Source: Octopus vulgaris (Eukaryota). Taken from it: a DNA stretch of 64,000 bases. The notes below the pieces were generated by a model. It saw nothing but the letters and a program-made list of their open reading frames with translations, was not told the DNA's origin and searched no databases. Location of the stretch: the NCBI GenBank assembly GCA_951406725.2, contig OX597823.1, forward strand, positions 11,098,001 to 11,162,000, given 5' to 3'. Positions 1 through 12,382 of the stretch are shown piece by piece. Position 1 is the stretch's first letter. Each line of letters opens with the position of its first letter. The position numbers and the translations under genes are program-made.

Positions 1-418
1 AAAAAAAACTACTTCAGCTTTGAATGCATAATATGTAGAGATACATGTAAATAATGGAAGGTTTTTAATCTGGTGCTATACAGTGTATAAAGAATGTGAA
101 TACATATATATACTGAGAGATTGTTTTAATTTTGTGTTCGACAATAGATAATGTTAGTGATATCATATGAAGTACTTTGTATAAATGTTCTCATGTTATG
201 CATTATACCGATGTTCTGTTACTGCTACTACAGTCATTTCATTAAGACACCAATTGGAGGTTACTGCCACTTACCTATTGATAACTTAATTACCATATGA
301 TTTACTCATACACACACACAGACACACACATATGAAACTAAATAGATTTTAACTTTACTTCCTGTAGTATTAGGTACTATATTGTAATAAGTGAAGGCCT
401 TTTTCTTTTATATATATA

Positions 419-797
419 CTAGCAGTATCGCCCGGCGTTGCTCAGGTTTGTAAGGGAAATAACTATAAAGCATTTTTAGAGAGTTATAGCCAAAAAATAG
501 CAAAAAAATGGGGAAAAAATGATGGTAAATTTTTTTGAGAGTTAAAAAAGGTGGAGTTGCGTCCCCTAGACGGTCTGTGGTTTGGGTTTCTGATTCTCGA
601 CCCCATGTCGAATTTATCGATTTTTTCAGAACTGGGGGAACTTTTCAAAATTTTCGCTGCGTTAGTTTTGAATTATGACATTGGGCTATGTGTGTGTCAA
701 GTTTCATCAGAATCGGTTGAAAGCCGTGGTCAGGGTGAGAGTACGAGAAAACAGACACACAGAAAACGCACAGACAAACTGCCGTTTATATAAAGAG

Positions 798-798
<1 letters not shown>
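419..798 (-). mobile_element. Non-autonomous Helitron
   Basis: Minus strand starts TC (TCTCTTTATATAAACGGC) and ends with subterminal hairpin CCTGAGCAACGCCGGG followed by CTAG. It sits between A and T with no TSD. Its 3' ~100 bp matches the element at 45628-46028. Confidence 0.85.
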
Positions 799-831
<33 letters not shown>

Positions 832-1739
832 ATATATACACATATATATATTCGGAGAGAGAAAGAGAAAGGAGGAGGGAGAAGGAGAGGCACTTGGGAA
901 AAAGATATTACATTGTTTCTGAGACAAGTTCACTCATTCAAGTTCATTTACATCAACTTTAGAGTTTTTAAAAATCATTTCTTAATTTAAACAATTTTAG
1001 CATTTAATATTGTTTCTTTGGCAAAGGCTAGTTTACGAATTATCACTATAGACATAAATGGAGGTGTATACAGAAGCAATATAAATATATTATAATAAAT
1101 GAATAAATTTATTCACATCCATTTATCTAATCTTTAAAATTTTTGAATTAAAATGCTATATTAATAATAATAAGAAGAATTTTCAGTATTTTTCTTTTCC
1201 ACGTTATGTTCTAAGACGTTATACTTTATTCTTATATTGTCTAATTCTGTTTTTATTTAATGTTCCATAATCTTTTGGATTTTATTTTTACCAGATTAAT
1301 ATACACTTCACATCAATGATATTAATTATAATTATTGTTATGTCTTTCAAACATTTAAAAAAAATTTTTAAAAAACACAAACCAAGACAGTGTTTTAAAG
1401 TTAATCATACTGACAATTAATATGTCAAAATTTTAAAAAATGTTGTTATTGTTTTTTTTTTATAGTCACATGATAATGAAGAAGAGGAGAAGGAGAGAGA
1501 GGAAATTGGTGAAGATAATAGTTATGATAATGCTATTGATGATGATGATTTTGAAGATGATGATGATGGTAGTGGGGAGTAGTGGTGATGGGATTATAAA
1601 AACTTGGAAATGAGTTATAATTTCTTTAAACACTGCTTGATGATGATGGGGTGTGTGTGTGTGTGTATATGTGTGTGTACATATTACCATTGAGTTTAGG
1701 GCTCAGTAACTGGTTCCACATCAAACTCCTCTGCATTTT

Positions 1740-1759
1740 ATGTATGTATGTATGTATAA

Positions 1760-1803
<44 letters not shown>

Positions 1804-1816
1804 GTATGTATGTATA

Positions 1817-1867
<51 letters not shown>

Positions 1868-1886
1868 GTATGTATACATATGTATG

Positions 1887-1926
<40 letters not shown>

Positions 1927-1966
1927 TACATACATATGTATGTATGTATGGAAAGAGAGAGAGAGT
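1740..1966. repeat. Compound (TA)n/(TATG)n microsatellite block
   Basis: Seen directly; source of several spurious Y/I-rich ORFs. Confidence 0.95.
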
Positions 1967-2304
1967 GAATTAGGAATATTTCTAAATTTAAAATATATTA
2001 TACTACCTAACATAAATCATATTTTTCATGCATTTTTCCCACCTGAAGAACATGAAAACAGTGTGTGTGTGTGTGTGTGTGTGTGCGTGTGTGTGTGTGC
2101 ATATATGTGTTTTTATATGTATGCTTGTGTAATTATATGTGCATGTAATTGAGAATGAAGTACCAATTCAGTTTTTGGCACTGGTTATATAAGAACAGTA
2201 AATGGACATTGCTTCCTACCTCCTTTTATGCTTTATTAAATCCAAACCTTCTCTACAGATTGTCATATGTAAAGAAAAAAACAACTAAAAGAAATATACA
2301 TTAA

Positions 2305-2524
2305 CCCTTTAGTATTTAAACCAGCCATATCCGGCCAAAATAGTTAATCTGTTTTATGTTCAAACTGACCAGATCCAGGCTCTCACACCTACCCTACAAT
2401 GTTATTCTATATTAAGTAATTACACCATCAAGATCTTGAAGATATGAGAAAATGCATGATTAATCCAAATCAATGGGAATCAATAAGGCATTATGTTTGA
2501 TAGAATAATCTGAACACTAAAGGG
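2305..2524 (+). mobile_element. piggyBac-type MITE, family 1
   Basis: TTAA|CCCTTTAG...CTAAAGGG|CTAA (right TTAA mutated). A near-identical inverted copy lies at 48001-48218. Confidence 0.8.
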
Positions 2525-3154
2525 CTAAAAGGGATGTTACTAAATATATTTAATTAAGATTTAAATTAGAAATAAGACTTAAGTATATTTTCTCCAAATA
2601 TGTGTTCCAGCATGATAGCTAAAAAAATCCCGCAAGAATTCAGAGAAACCAATAAACAAACCAATAAAGGTTCTTCTCTATGGTTATTCAACATTATAAC
2701 GATAGCAGTCAAATCTCCCTCAAACCACACTATTTATTACCTTAAGGAAAAAACAAAAAACTCATTCAATAATATGATCTAGAGTACAATTATGTCCTGG
2801 AAAAATAAAATGTGATAGTCATGCCTCAGGTGCCATTAATTAGAGGCAACAATAATACACAAACACACACTTAATGTCTAAAATACTTATATCAATGCAT
2901 ATTTCTAACGATAATATCAACATTCTCATTGTTCTTTACGTCCACAGTTTTATGCTTTATGGGTAGTTGGACAGAAATTTTTTAAAGCAGATTTTTATAG
3001 CCAGATGCCCTTCCTGTCACCAACCCTTATCTATTTCCTAGCACGGTAATATTTCCTGATAAGTAGACATATTTTCACAGAGTATTGGAAATGAATTACA
3101 TTCATTCACACCAATCATGCAATGTCAAGAGGAGACACAAATATACACTCACAT

Positions 3155-3226
3155 CATCATCATCATTGTTCGACCGTGGTCGAGACAATGGAATTTACCA
3201 TGTTGCGCCAGACTTCACGGTCCATC
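3155..3226 (-). mobile_element. Very short 5'-truncated RTE-clade LINE 3' end with 14-bp TSD
   Basis: Reverse complement of the 3' end of the fragment at 4660-4948, with a (GAT)n tail. TSD ATATACACTCACAT at 3141-3154 and 3227-3240. Confidence 0.85.
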
Positions 3227-3613
3227 ATATACACTCACATACACATATACATTCATATATGTGTGCGTGCGTGTGTTTTTGTGTGTTGGGCTTCTTTCAA
3301 TTTCTGTATATCAAATCCACTTACAAGGATGTATATCTTGTGTCTAAGATCTGACATATCAGGTTACATAATCCTTCATTAAAAGCTGTTCATGGCATTA
3401 CATGGATTTTTTTATAATGACCTGCCAGTTGAAATGAAGATTAACAAAGGGCATAAAACCTGGTTTTTTTTTTTGTTTTAGTTCTATAAACTACTATCTA
3501 ATTATCACTTACTTACCTACTTTGAACTATTAAAAACTTATGAATTGATACAGCATTTAAATATAATTGAAACGCGTTAACTTCATTATAGATATATATA
3601 TTTATAGGTTTAT

Positions 3614-3853
3614 AAAAAGGGCGGCGAGCTGGCAGAAACGTTAGCACGCCGGGCGAAATGCGTAGCCGTAGTTCGTCTGCCGTTAAGAGTTCTGAGTTCA
3701 AATTCCGCGGAGGTCGACTTTGCCTTTCATCCTTTCGGGGTCGATAAATTAAGTACCAGTTATGCACTGGGGTTGATGTGATCGATTTAATCCCTTTGTC
3801 TGTCCTTGTTTGTCCCCTCTATGTTTAGCCCCCTGTGGGTAGTAAAGAAATAT
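3614..3853 (+). mobile_element. tRNA-headed SINE family B (Deu/Nin-like central domain), young copy
   Basis: A-box-like TGGCAGAAACG, B-box GAGTTCAAATTCC and central GCCTTTCATCCTTTCGGGGTCGATAAATTAAGTACC. A 22-bp direct repeat ATATATATATTTATAGGTTTAT flanks it (3592-3613, 3854-3875). Many copies occur in the window. Confidence 0.85.
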
Positions 3854-4387
3854 ATATATATATTTATAGGTTTATTTCCAAAACCTCAAAGATGAACATG
3901 ATCATGTACATATATGAATATATATATATCTATATGTATCATAAATGTGTGTGTGTGTGTGTCATTTTTTATGTGCATAAAATTGTGCATAGAAATAAGA
4001 ATTTATGTAAATCTGTATTTATATGTACATGTGTGTGAGCATGAATGTGTTAATCTGTGTACATACAAGTGATATGTAAATCAAAAAGAGTTGACGGCAA
4101 AAAAAAAAATAAAACAATAATATAGGAGAAAAATGTGGGGTTTTTTTCATAATTGCAATAAATAATAATCTTTAACTGGATCTAAACAGGAATACTTTAA
4201 ATTCAATAAATATTATTTCTACAGCAAAGGTAGAAAAATAAGGAAATAAGCGAAACTTATTTGATTTGTATGTTATGTGAGTATATATATCTTGTTACAC
4301 ACACACACACACACATGTGTGCACAAGTGTGTGTGCATATAACTTATTCTAACACCTGCTTTTCCATTATTGTATTTATATACATAC

Positions 4388-4610
4388 ATCATCATCATGA
4401 TTTAACATATATTTCCATGCTGGCATAGGTTGGATGATTTGATAAGGATCCACTGGGTTCAAGAATTGCATCATGCTCCAGTGTCTGCTTTAGCATGGTT
4501 TCTTTAACTGAATGCCCTTCTTAACACCAACCACTTTACAGTATGTAGTGGGTGCTTTTCTCATTCCACCAGCACTGTTGAGGTCACCATATAGCTCACA
4601 AGTCTAGAAA
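4388..4610 (-). mobile_element. Diverged RTE-LINE 3'UTR-type repeat (family C)
   Basis: (CAT)n tail, TTTCCATGCTGGCAT and GAATGCCCTTC motifs shared with 9338-9785. Confidence 0.7.
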
Positions 4611-4659
4611 CTCAAGGGATGGTGAACAATGCATCCTTATGTTAGATGGGTGTTGGGGA

Positions 4660-4948
4660 ATGTTATGGGAAACTACCACCTGTGTCATCTCTTGTGAAGG
4701 GTAAGAGAGTCCAGTTTGCTAGACATTGTTGTAGAGATGAAAAAGAGGTAATTTCTACTCTTCTCCTCTGGAAGCCATCTACTCGCAATACCAGAGGGCG
4801 CACACTCTCCTACCCTGATGTAATCTCCAGGGATACAGGCATCCAGCAACAGGACCTCCGTAATGCCATGATGGACCATGAAGTCTGGCGTAGCATGGTA
4901 AATTCCATTGTCTCGACCACGGTCAAACAGTGATGATGATGATGATGG
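4660..4948 (+). mobile_element. RTE-clade LINE 3' fragment (ORF C-terminus plus (TGA)n tail)
   Basis: Translation YGKLPPVSSLVKGKRVQFARHC...LLLWKP...RGR...DVISRDTG...AMMDHEVWR* resembles RTE C-termini. The tandem TGA tail follows the stop immediately. Confidence 0.8.
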
Positions 4949-5380
4949 GGTAGAGCAGGTTCTTGATGGCTACTCACATTTAGGAGAGTGAGAATGTATT
5001 AGTGGTGTCTCCAAAGAGATAGTGGTGATGAAGTGTCCAGGTGGTAGTACGTGGGTGGTTGTAAGAGTGTGTGGGGAAGTGGAAAAGAGGTATATAGGTA
5101 GGCAATGTTTGTAAAGATTGAGAGAAGGGTTGGGGATAAGGGGTACATTAGTAGAGGGATGTTAGTGTCAGAGTAGTAATGATGATACCATTGACAGGAG
5201 AAACTGGGAGAGATGATGTATTTAGACAGGCTGCAGGAGTGAAATAGAGAAATGGACAGATGTAGTGCATGGGAAGAGATAATTTGGTGGTCCTGCAAGG
5301 AGGCAGATGGAATGGCCACTGTAACAGGTGGGTGTGAAGAACAATATTAAAGGATGAAAAATGCCTATCATCATCATCAT

Positions 5381-5587
5381 CCCTCTCTCTCTTTCGGAGA
5401 GGCACTGAGCAGCTATACGCACACATACACACACGGCAGTAACTTCCACCTACCGAATTCAATCACAAAGCTCTGGTCGGCTCGGGGCTATAGTGGAAGA
5501 CACCTACCCAAAGTGCCACGCAGTGGGACTGAACCCGAAACCATGTAGCTAGGAAGCAAGCTCCCTAACCACACAGCCATGCCCGCG

Positions 5588-5589
<2 letters not shown>
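5381..5589 (-). mobile_element. Short SINE sharing the family A head but with a different 3' tail (A-short)
   Basis: Head GGCGCGGGCATGGCTGTGTGG...GGGTTCAGTCCC, then a distinct 3' end GCTCAGTGCCTCTCCGAAAG(AG)n. A near-identical copy lies at 32709-32915. Confidence 0.85.
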
Positions 5590-5624
<35 letters not shown>

Positions 5625-5832
5625 TCAACTTTTCCATGCTTGCATGGGTCAGATGGAATTTGTTGAGGAAGGTTTTCTATGGTTGGGTGCCCTTTCTGTT
5701 GCAAGCCTTCTATTTCTAAGTAAGGTAATATTTCCTCTTGGAAAACTGGAAATGAACAGCATTGCTTAGATGATGATAATGCTCATTTACAGCCATCACA
5801 TGTACACACAAACAAACATACAATATGCATGT

Positions 5833-6004
5833 CATCATCATCATCATCATTTAACATTTGTTATCCATGCTGGCATTGGTTGCCTGGTTTAATGGGCTGG
5901 TGAGCCAGAGGACTGCGCTGAGCTCTGCAGTTAGTTTTGGCATAGCTTTTATGCCTGGATAGCCTTCCTAATGGCAACCACTTTACAGACTGAACAAGGG
6001 TGGC
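5833..6004 (-). mobile_element. Diverged family C repeat
   Basis: (CAT)n, TCCATGCTGGCAT, CCTTCCTAATGGCAACCAC. Confidence 0.65.
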
Positions 6005-6049
<45 letters not shown>

Positions 6050-6111
6050 ACATATACATGTATTTATATGTATATGCATAAAGTATATCTATCTATCTAT
6101 CTATCTATCAA

Positions 6112-6161
6112 CAAAACCTGTTACTCTGAGTTTCCCGTTGCCGTTCATCGGACAGTTTTTG
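6112..6161 (-). ncRNA. Minimal type I hammerhead ribozyme-like motif
   Basis: Minus strand CUGU-CCGAUGA-A CG GCAA CG G-GAAA-CUCAGAG-UA-ACAG. Stem I is CUGU/ACAG (extendable), stem III ACU/AGU, triplet GUA. Stem II has only 2 bp, and U4 is replaced by C. Confidence 0.55.
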
Positions 6162-6172
6162 CTAGATATATA

Positions 6173-6217
<45 letters not shown>

Positions 6218-6491
6218 ATGTATGTATGTATATATCATTATTATTATTGTAATTATATCCACTTGCCCATTCTTGTATGAAGTGGATAGGATTAATTGAA
6301 GTAGATTTTCTATAGCTGGATGCCTTTTTTCATGAGCAGGACATTAAAAAAAAAGCCACGCACACACAAACACACACACACTCACTCACCACACACTCTC
6401 TCTCTCTCTTTCTCGTACACACACACACACGCAAATATGGAACTGCACCTGGACCCACAGTTGGGAACCACACATCCATTCTTATATATAC

Positions 6492-6690
6492 CATCATCTT
6501 AATCATTTATAGTCATCTCCCCATGCTGGCATGGGTTAGACAGTCTGACCGGATTTGACGACAGTTTCTGTTTTGGCATGGTTTTTACAGGCTGATGACC
6601 CTTCTAACACTAACCACTTTACTCAGTGCACTGGATTGCTTTGTTCATTGCACCAACACTTGTAAGGTCACCTTGCAACTTGCACATGAA
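6492..6690 (-). mobile_element. Diverged family C repeat
   Basis: CCATGCTGGCATGGGTT...TTTTGGCATGGTTTTTACAG...AACCACTTTAC motifs. Confidence 0.6.
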
Positions 6691-7199
6691 GAGACCCCTA
6701 TAAATGAGGGAGAATAGGAGCTAGAGAGAGAAAATAATGTATTTCTGATGATTTTTGGTAAGTTGATGAGGGTTGGTGAAATATGAAGAGATGTACAAAT
6801 TTATCGTACTGAGAGGTGGTAGTGGAGAGAGTAACAGACACACTATTGGAAGTTGAAATATGGAAAGGACAAAGTAGGGGTAGCATCAGTGGTCAGTGAG
6901 AAAGTGAGGGACAGATTAGTAATGTTGAAGAGATGGGTTGTGTAGAGGTGAGCTATCTACACTATAAGGGGAGGTAATGTGCATAAGGGGGGCATAGAAA
7001 GAAAATAGGTGATGGCAATAAGGATCCAGGGTGAGTCATTGCAAGAAAGAGATGTGTGTGGGTCGTGGATGTAGGCTTGAGAGTGAGCAATGCTACAGTG
7101 ATAGAAAACTGAGGGGAGAGCAGTGGAAGGAAAAGTGGCTGAGAGGGAGTGATGAATGACAGTGAGACAGAGAATGAGATAGAGAGGTGTGTGTGAGTT

Positions 7200-7239
<40 letters not shown>

Positions 7240-7325
7240 CAGGATTGGATATATATCCTGTATATATATGCTGTATATATATATATACAGGATTGTGTGT
7301 ATATAGATATATATATATATATACA

Positions 7326-7496
7326 GGCGCAGGATTGGCTGTGTGGTAAGTAGCTTGCCTACCAACCACATGGTTCTGGGTTCAGTCCCACTGCGTGGCA
7401 CCTTGGGCAAGTGTCTTCTACTATAGCCTCGGGCCGACCAAAGCCTTGTGAGTGGATTTGGTAGACGGAAGCTGAAAGCAACCCGTCGTATGTATG

Positions 7497-7553
<57 letters not shown>

Positions 7554-7760
7554 TTGTGTGTCTGTGTTTGTCCCCCTAGCATTGCTTGACAACTGATGCT
7601 GGTGTGTTTATGTCCCTGTCACTTAGCGGTTCGGCAAAAGAGACCGATAGAATAAGTACTGGGATTACAAAGAATAAGTCCCAGGGTCAATTTGCTCGAC
7701 TAAAGGCGGTGCTCCAGCAAGGCTGCAGTCAAATGACTGAAACAAGTAAAAAGAGAGAGT
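7326..7760 (+). mobile_element. tRNA-headed SINE family A (CORE-like domain, internal TA/TG microsatellite), full length
   Basis: A-box TGGCTGTGTGG, B-box GGTTCAGTCCC, CORE-like CCTTGGGCAAGTGTCTT, and 3' GGTGCTCCAGCA...GAAACAAGTAAAA-GAG tail. Multiple copies in the window. Confidence 0.9.
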
Positions 7761-7836
7761 ATATATATATATACGTATATGTCAGTATTTATGCAATGAA
7801 TATGTGTTTATGTGTATGTATATATATATATATATA

Positions 7837-8009
7837 TATAAAATATTATTAGAGACAAAACCACTATTTTGTAAAACAAACAAGGAAAGACTTAATCAAT
7901 ACATAAAATTTTAATAAATTTTGACTATTTATTAAAATTTTATGTATTGATTAAGTCTTTCCTTGTTTGTTTTACAAAATAGTGGTTTTGTCTCTAATAA
8001 TATTTTATA
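7837..8009. repeat. Perfect 83-bp inverted repeat with 7-nt spacer
   Basis: Arm 7837-7919 is the exact reverse complement of 7927-8009; the spacer is TTTGACT. Confidence 0.95.
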
Positions 8010-8088
8010 ATATTTTACTATAAAATTGGATTTAATCCTAAATCTGATTTTTTTTCCCTGTAAATTTGGATTTATTCCCTAATATTTA

Positions 8089-8132
<44 letters not shown>

Positions 8133-8566
8133 ATATGTATGTATTTAGTGGTAGTCAAGTAACAACTGTTAACCAGATTTCTATGCTCCATAAATGATAC
8201 TCATTTTCATCTGAATGTCTAATTATGTACAAAATTTCAATATTGTGGTAATTGATTTTTATATTGCCCATTGTTAATCTCTTTAGTGTGTAATTAATGG
8301 AGAACCTGTCTTTGATACACTTCTATGACATGAAAATATATCATAAGTGTGTGTTTATTAATATGTATAAATTAGATGCACACATACTTGTTTGTATCTC
8401 TCTTTCTAGAATAGGAACACCATACCCTTGCATGACATAAGAGTTGACCAAAAGGAGTTGGCATTAAGAAGGGTATCCTACAATAAATCCCTTCAGTGAA
8501 AATCCCTTCAGTTCATGCACGTATGTATAAGCATATCTATGTGTGTGGTGTTAGTATGTGTAATAC

Positions 8567-8603
<37 letters not shown>

Positions 8604-8649
8604 CACACACACTGTATCTATGCAAGTTAAATATCTGTATATACATGTC

Positions 8650-8689
<40 letters not shown>

Positions 8690-9337
8690 CACATACATAT
8701 ACGTATATATACCTCTGTTTGTGTATCAGGTATAATAGCATTAAATACATTATCATTTTTATAACCAGTATATAGATATACCAATGAATTTATTAAATCT
8801 TGTTCAAAGACTTAATTATTAAAGCGTTATCATGGGAAGAAGAAAGAAATATACTAAACATATGAATATTTTTTCTGACTATTTATTATTAGTCTTTATA
8901 ATTAGCATCTTTGTCATTAATACTTTTTTTTTTTTGGCATGTTAGACATTATTTTCATCAGTGTAATTTATGAATTATTTCTCTTTTGCATTAGACGGTA
9001 AAGAAATAATAAGAATAAGTCAATTTTGAAATATCTATCAACAATATACTCTGTCAATATATATACAATGTTGGTGGTGTTGTTGCTGTTGTTGTCATCA
9101 TTGTCACTGTTTATGATTAAGATGAGGTAATCTCTGATTGAGCAGATCATTGATCAAAAGTGTAACAGTTGACAAGACCAATCCATCTTTTCTCTTTTCC
9201 ATTATAATGCATTCGACTCTTCTTCAATATCCTGTGTGAATCTACTCAGTTAAAAAAACAAAATGGGTGTTGTTTGTGAAGGGATATTTTGCTGCTGTTC
9301 CTTGCTGATCAGGCAACCTCATTAGATTGACATACAT

Positions 9338-9785
9338 ACATCATCATCATCATCATCATCGTTTAGCGTCCGCTTTCCATGCTAGCATGGGTTGGACGGT
9401 TCAACTGGGGTCTGTGAAGCCAGAAGGCTGCATCAGGCCCAGTCTGATCCGGCAGTGTTTCTACGGCTGGATGCCCTTCCTAACGCCAACCACTCCGTGA
9501 GTGTAGTGGGTGCTTTTTACGTGCCACCAGCACAGGTGCCAGACAGAGCCGGCAAACGGCCACGGACGGATGGTGCTTTTTACGTGCCACCGGCACGGGG
9601 GCCAGGCGAGGCTGGCAATGGCCAAGAACGGATGGTGCTTTTACGTGCTACCGGCACGGGGGCCAGGCGAGGCTGGCAACAGTGACGAACAGATGGTGCT
9701 ACGTGCCACCAGCACAGGGGCCAGGCGAGGCTGGCAACGGCCACGCACGGATGGTGCTTTTTATGTGCCACCGGCATGGAAGCCA
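9338..9785 (-). mobile_element. Family C (RTE-LINE 3'UTR-type) young copy with internal ~62-bp minisatellite
   Basis: (GAT)n tail on the minus strand and AGGAAGGGCATCCAGC motif. GGTGCT-start units occur at 9509, 9572, 9634, 9695 and 9753. Confidence 0.85.
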
Positions 9786-10789
9786 TATATATACATATTT
9801 AATGTTATGAGTGTTTAACATATGTATACGTATACATACATATATATACATATTGTAATGTTATGAGTGTTTAACAGATGTATATGTTAAACAATGATTA
9901 TGCATTTTCAGATATAGAACTCAATACAAAATGTAGTGTGTGTATGTCTGTACACGCACACATACAAACACACACACATGTATACATGCACATGCACACA
10001 CAAATTTTCTAATTTTTGCTATGCTGCCCCTCTAAGAGCTACTAGGTGAAACTTAGAAGTAGCAATTGCATTTTCTGATGCAAAATAAATATTCAATGGT
10101 TGCAGTTGCTTTTATCAATGAAAGAGGGGTATATGTGCAAAATATATAGTCTAGAATATATTGTTTATTTAGCCTGGGGTGTTTTTCTTGTAACTATAGT
10201 TTCACATCACTGCATTTATTATGATTATTCAGTATTTCAGGTTGATCTTTTATGCAATTTATAACATATCTAACTGAAATACCAAAAGGAAAATGGTTGA
10301 CATAATGATTGCAGTAGTTGTGAGAATTTGAGTCATGAAAAATAAACAGTTCATTTGTAATTGACAACATACACACATGCGCACACACACATATCCGCAT
10401 GTGCACACACATATATGCGCATGCGCACACACACACATCAATATCATCATCATCATTATCATCATCATAAGGCTATGGCCATGCTAAGACGCTGAGAGAG
10501 AGATATACTCAGAGAAAGACAGGAGTCATGTTGCTGCATTGATACTGTCTGCATCATTGCTGTCAGCATTGATGTCAATGAAAGATATTTCTTCAAAGAA
10601 ATTATTTACATAATCTTGCAGGGAATATATATTGTTGGTGTTGATCTGCATGTAAGTAGTTCAAAACAAGTGTGCTGGGTTAATTCTTTAATCTAGGCAT
10701 ATTTGAAGTCTTTGTAAAGAACAATTCCAACCTCCTAGGAAAGGTTATTCCATTTTAACAGATTTTGTTAAAAACTGACTGCTTGAACC

Positions 10790-12210
10790 AGTGGTTTGAA
10801 AATGATGCACAACCACAGGTTGGTATGCTGGGAAATAAAGATAGGTCTGTCATAAAAATAATAAAATTACATTTTTTAAATGCAAAAGAAGCAAACAGAA
10901 ATTTGAAATGTAAAGTCTTGATAATTCTGCTTCATTTATTGATAATTTTCTGTACTTTATAGTATTTACATTTAATGTATAATATATATAATTTCCTATT
11001 TTATATATATATATTTTTATATTTTACAAAGTGCATCAAAATATTTTTATGTATTTTAAAGTACACCAATCAGTGCAAAAAATTGTTTTGAAATCCTTGG
11101 TTTAAGTAAATGAAATATTTCAGCAGAAAAAAGTTTACATTCACTTCTGTGTTCCTTTAGATAGTGAGATAGTGCTCCCTTTTTAAATGTGCAGTTTAGT
11201 AAGAAGAGGAAGAGTAGCTCCCATGACCTTCTTCAAGGTATTCTGAAACAAGCTGGAGAAAGCTATTTTCAAACCTGACATGAATAACTGCAACACTGTA
11301 TACTTCATGAAATTGCTCCTTCCTCTGAGGCATTTAGTAGTGTTAAACGAGACATTGGCTTAAGTCAACCACCCAAAGAATGATTTTGTATAGGTTTCCA
11401 CGTAATTTATGTCTACCAAATTTCACTTACAAGATAAAATGCTTTACAAGTTCAAATCTCTGTAAGATTGTAACAGCTCTTTTCAAAATTCCAGCTAAGG
11501 TTAATAAAAATAAGCCTATCTCATGTACTGATGCTGATAAATTCAAATGCTTGTGCCACCAGTATTTGTAATCTTGTACAAATTTTCAGACTCTGTTTTA
11601 GGGTGGATCTTTTTTTTTATATCAGAGATACTTGAAATAACCTTCGTCGTATATATGTACATATATATATGTGTGCGTGTGTTTGTGTGTCTGTGTTTGT
11701 CCCCCTAGCATTGCTTGACAACCGATGCTGGTGTGTTTATGTCCCCGTTACTTAGCGGTTCGGCAAAAGAGACCGATAGAATAAGTACTGGGTTTACAAA
11801 AGAAATAAGTCCCGGGGTCGAGTTGCTCGATTAAAAGGCGGTGCTCCAGCATGGCCGCAGTCAAATGACTGAAACAAGTAAAAGAGTAAAAGAGTAAAGA
11901 GTAAAGAGTATTTAAGAACCATCTAACAGATACTAGAAATGCAAATTGGTTGTAAAATCCCCAAGATCTTAAAGCGAAACCTTGCTACAGCCATTGTACT
12001 TTGTTCTTTTGAATGATACCCTCTTGAACGATGCACCCATCAACAACCTCGCTCATTTTATAATTCATTATGGTAAAGTGGTGACCAATTAGTAAGCATA
12101 TTGCATAATAATGACTACAAAGTACATCAAACAATTCATATAGATACAATTATCCAAGTTAGCAACTCTTACTTACTGCACTTGAGAAAATGTTAAAAAT
12201 CTGAGATATC
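10790..12210 (-). pseudogene. Highly decayed hAT (Charlie/Buster-like) transposase remnant, interrupted by a SINE
   Basis: Frame-shifted minus-strand patches (ILQRFEL; EEQFHEVYS...EYLE; LKEHRS...KPRISK) loosely resemble hAT catalytic and dimerisation regions. CAGTGGTT near 10789 may be a TIR. Confidence 0.35.
11644..11910 (+). mobile_element. SINE family A, 5'-truncated
   Basis: 3' half near-identical to 7484-7760, with a (TAAAAGAG)n tail. Confidence 0.9.
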
Positions 12211-12344
12211 TGATAAGAAGCTTGCTTCCCAACCACATGGTTCTGGGTTCAGTCCTACTTCATGGCACCTTAGACAAGTGTCTTCTGAAATCAACCAAAG
12301 CCTTGTGAATGGATTTGGTTGACAGAAACTGAAAGAAGCTTGTC

Positions 12345-12382
<38 letters not shown>

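Noticed and set aside
1626-2152. Overlapping Y/I/C/V-rich ORFs here and at many other sites
   Set aside because: They are translations of (TA)n/(TG)n/(TATG)n microsatellites, not genes.
4999-5350. Purine-skewed tract with S/L/P-rich minus-strand ORFs (similar at 6700-7190)
   Set aside because: Compositional bias explains the open frames; no domain or splice structure was recognised.
9392-9818. GC-rich ORFs with repeated GAFYVPPA and a CRISPR-like periodicity
   Set aside because: The whole unit repeats (no unique spacers); it is the family C minisatellite in a eukaryotic context with no cas genes.
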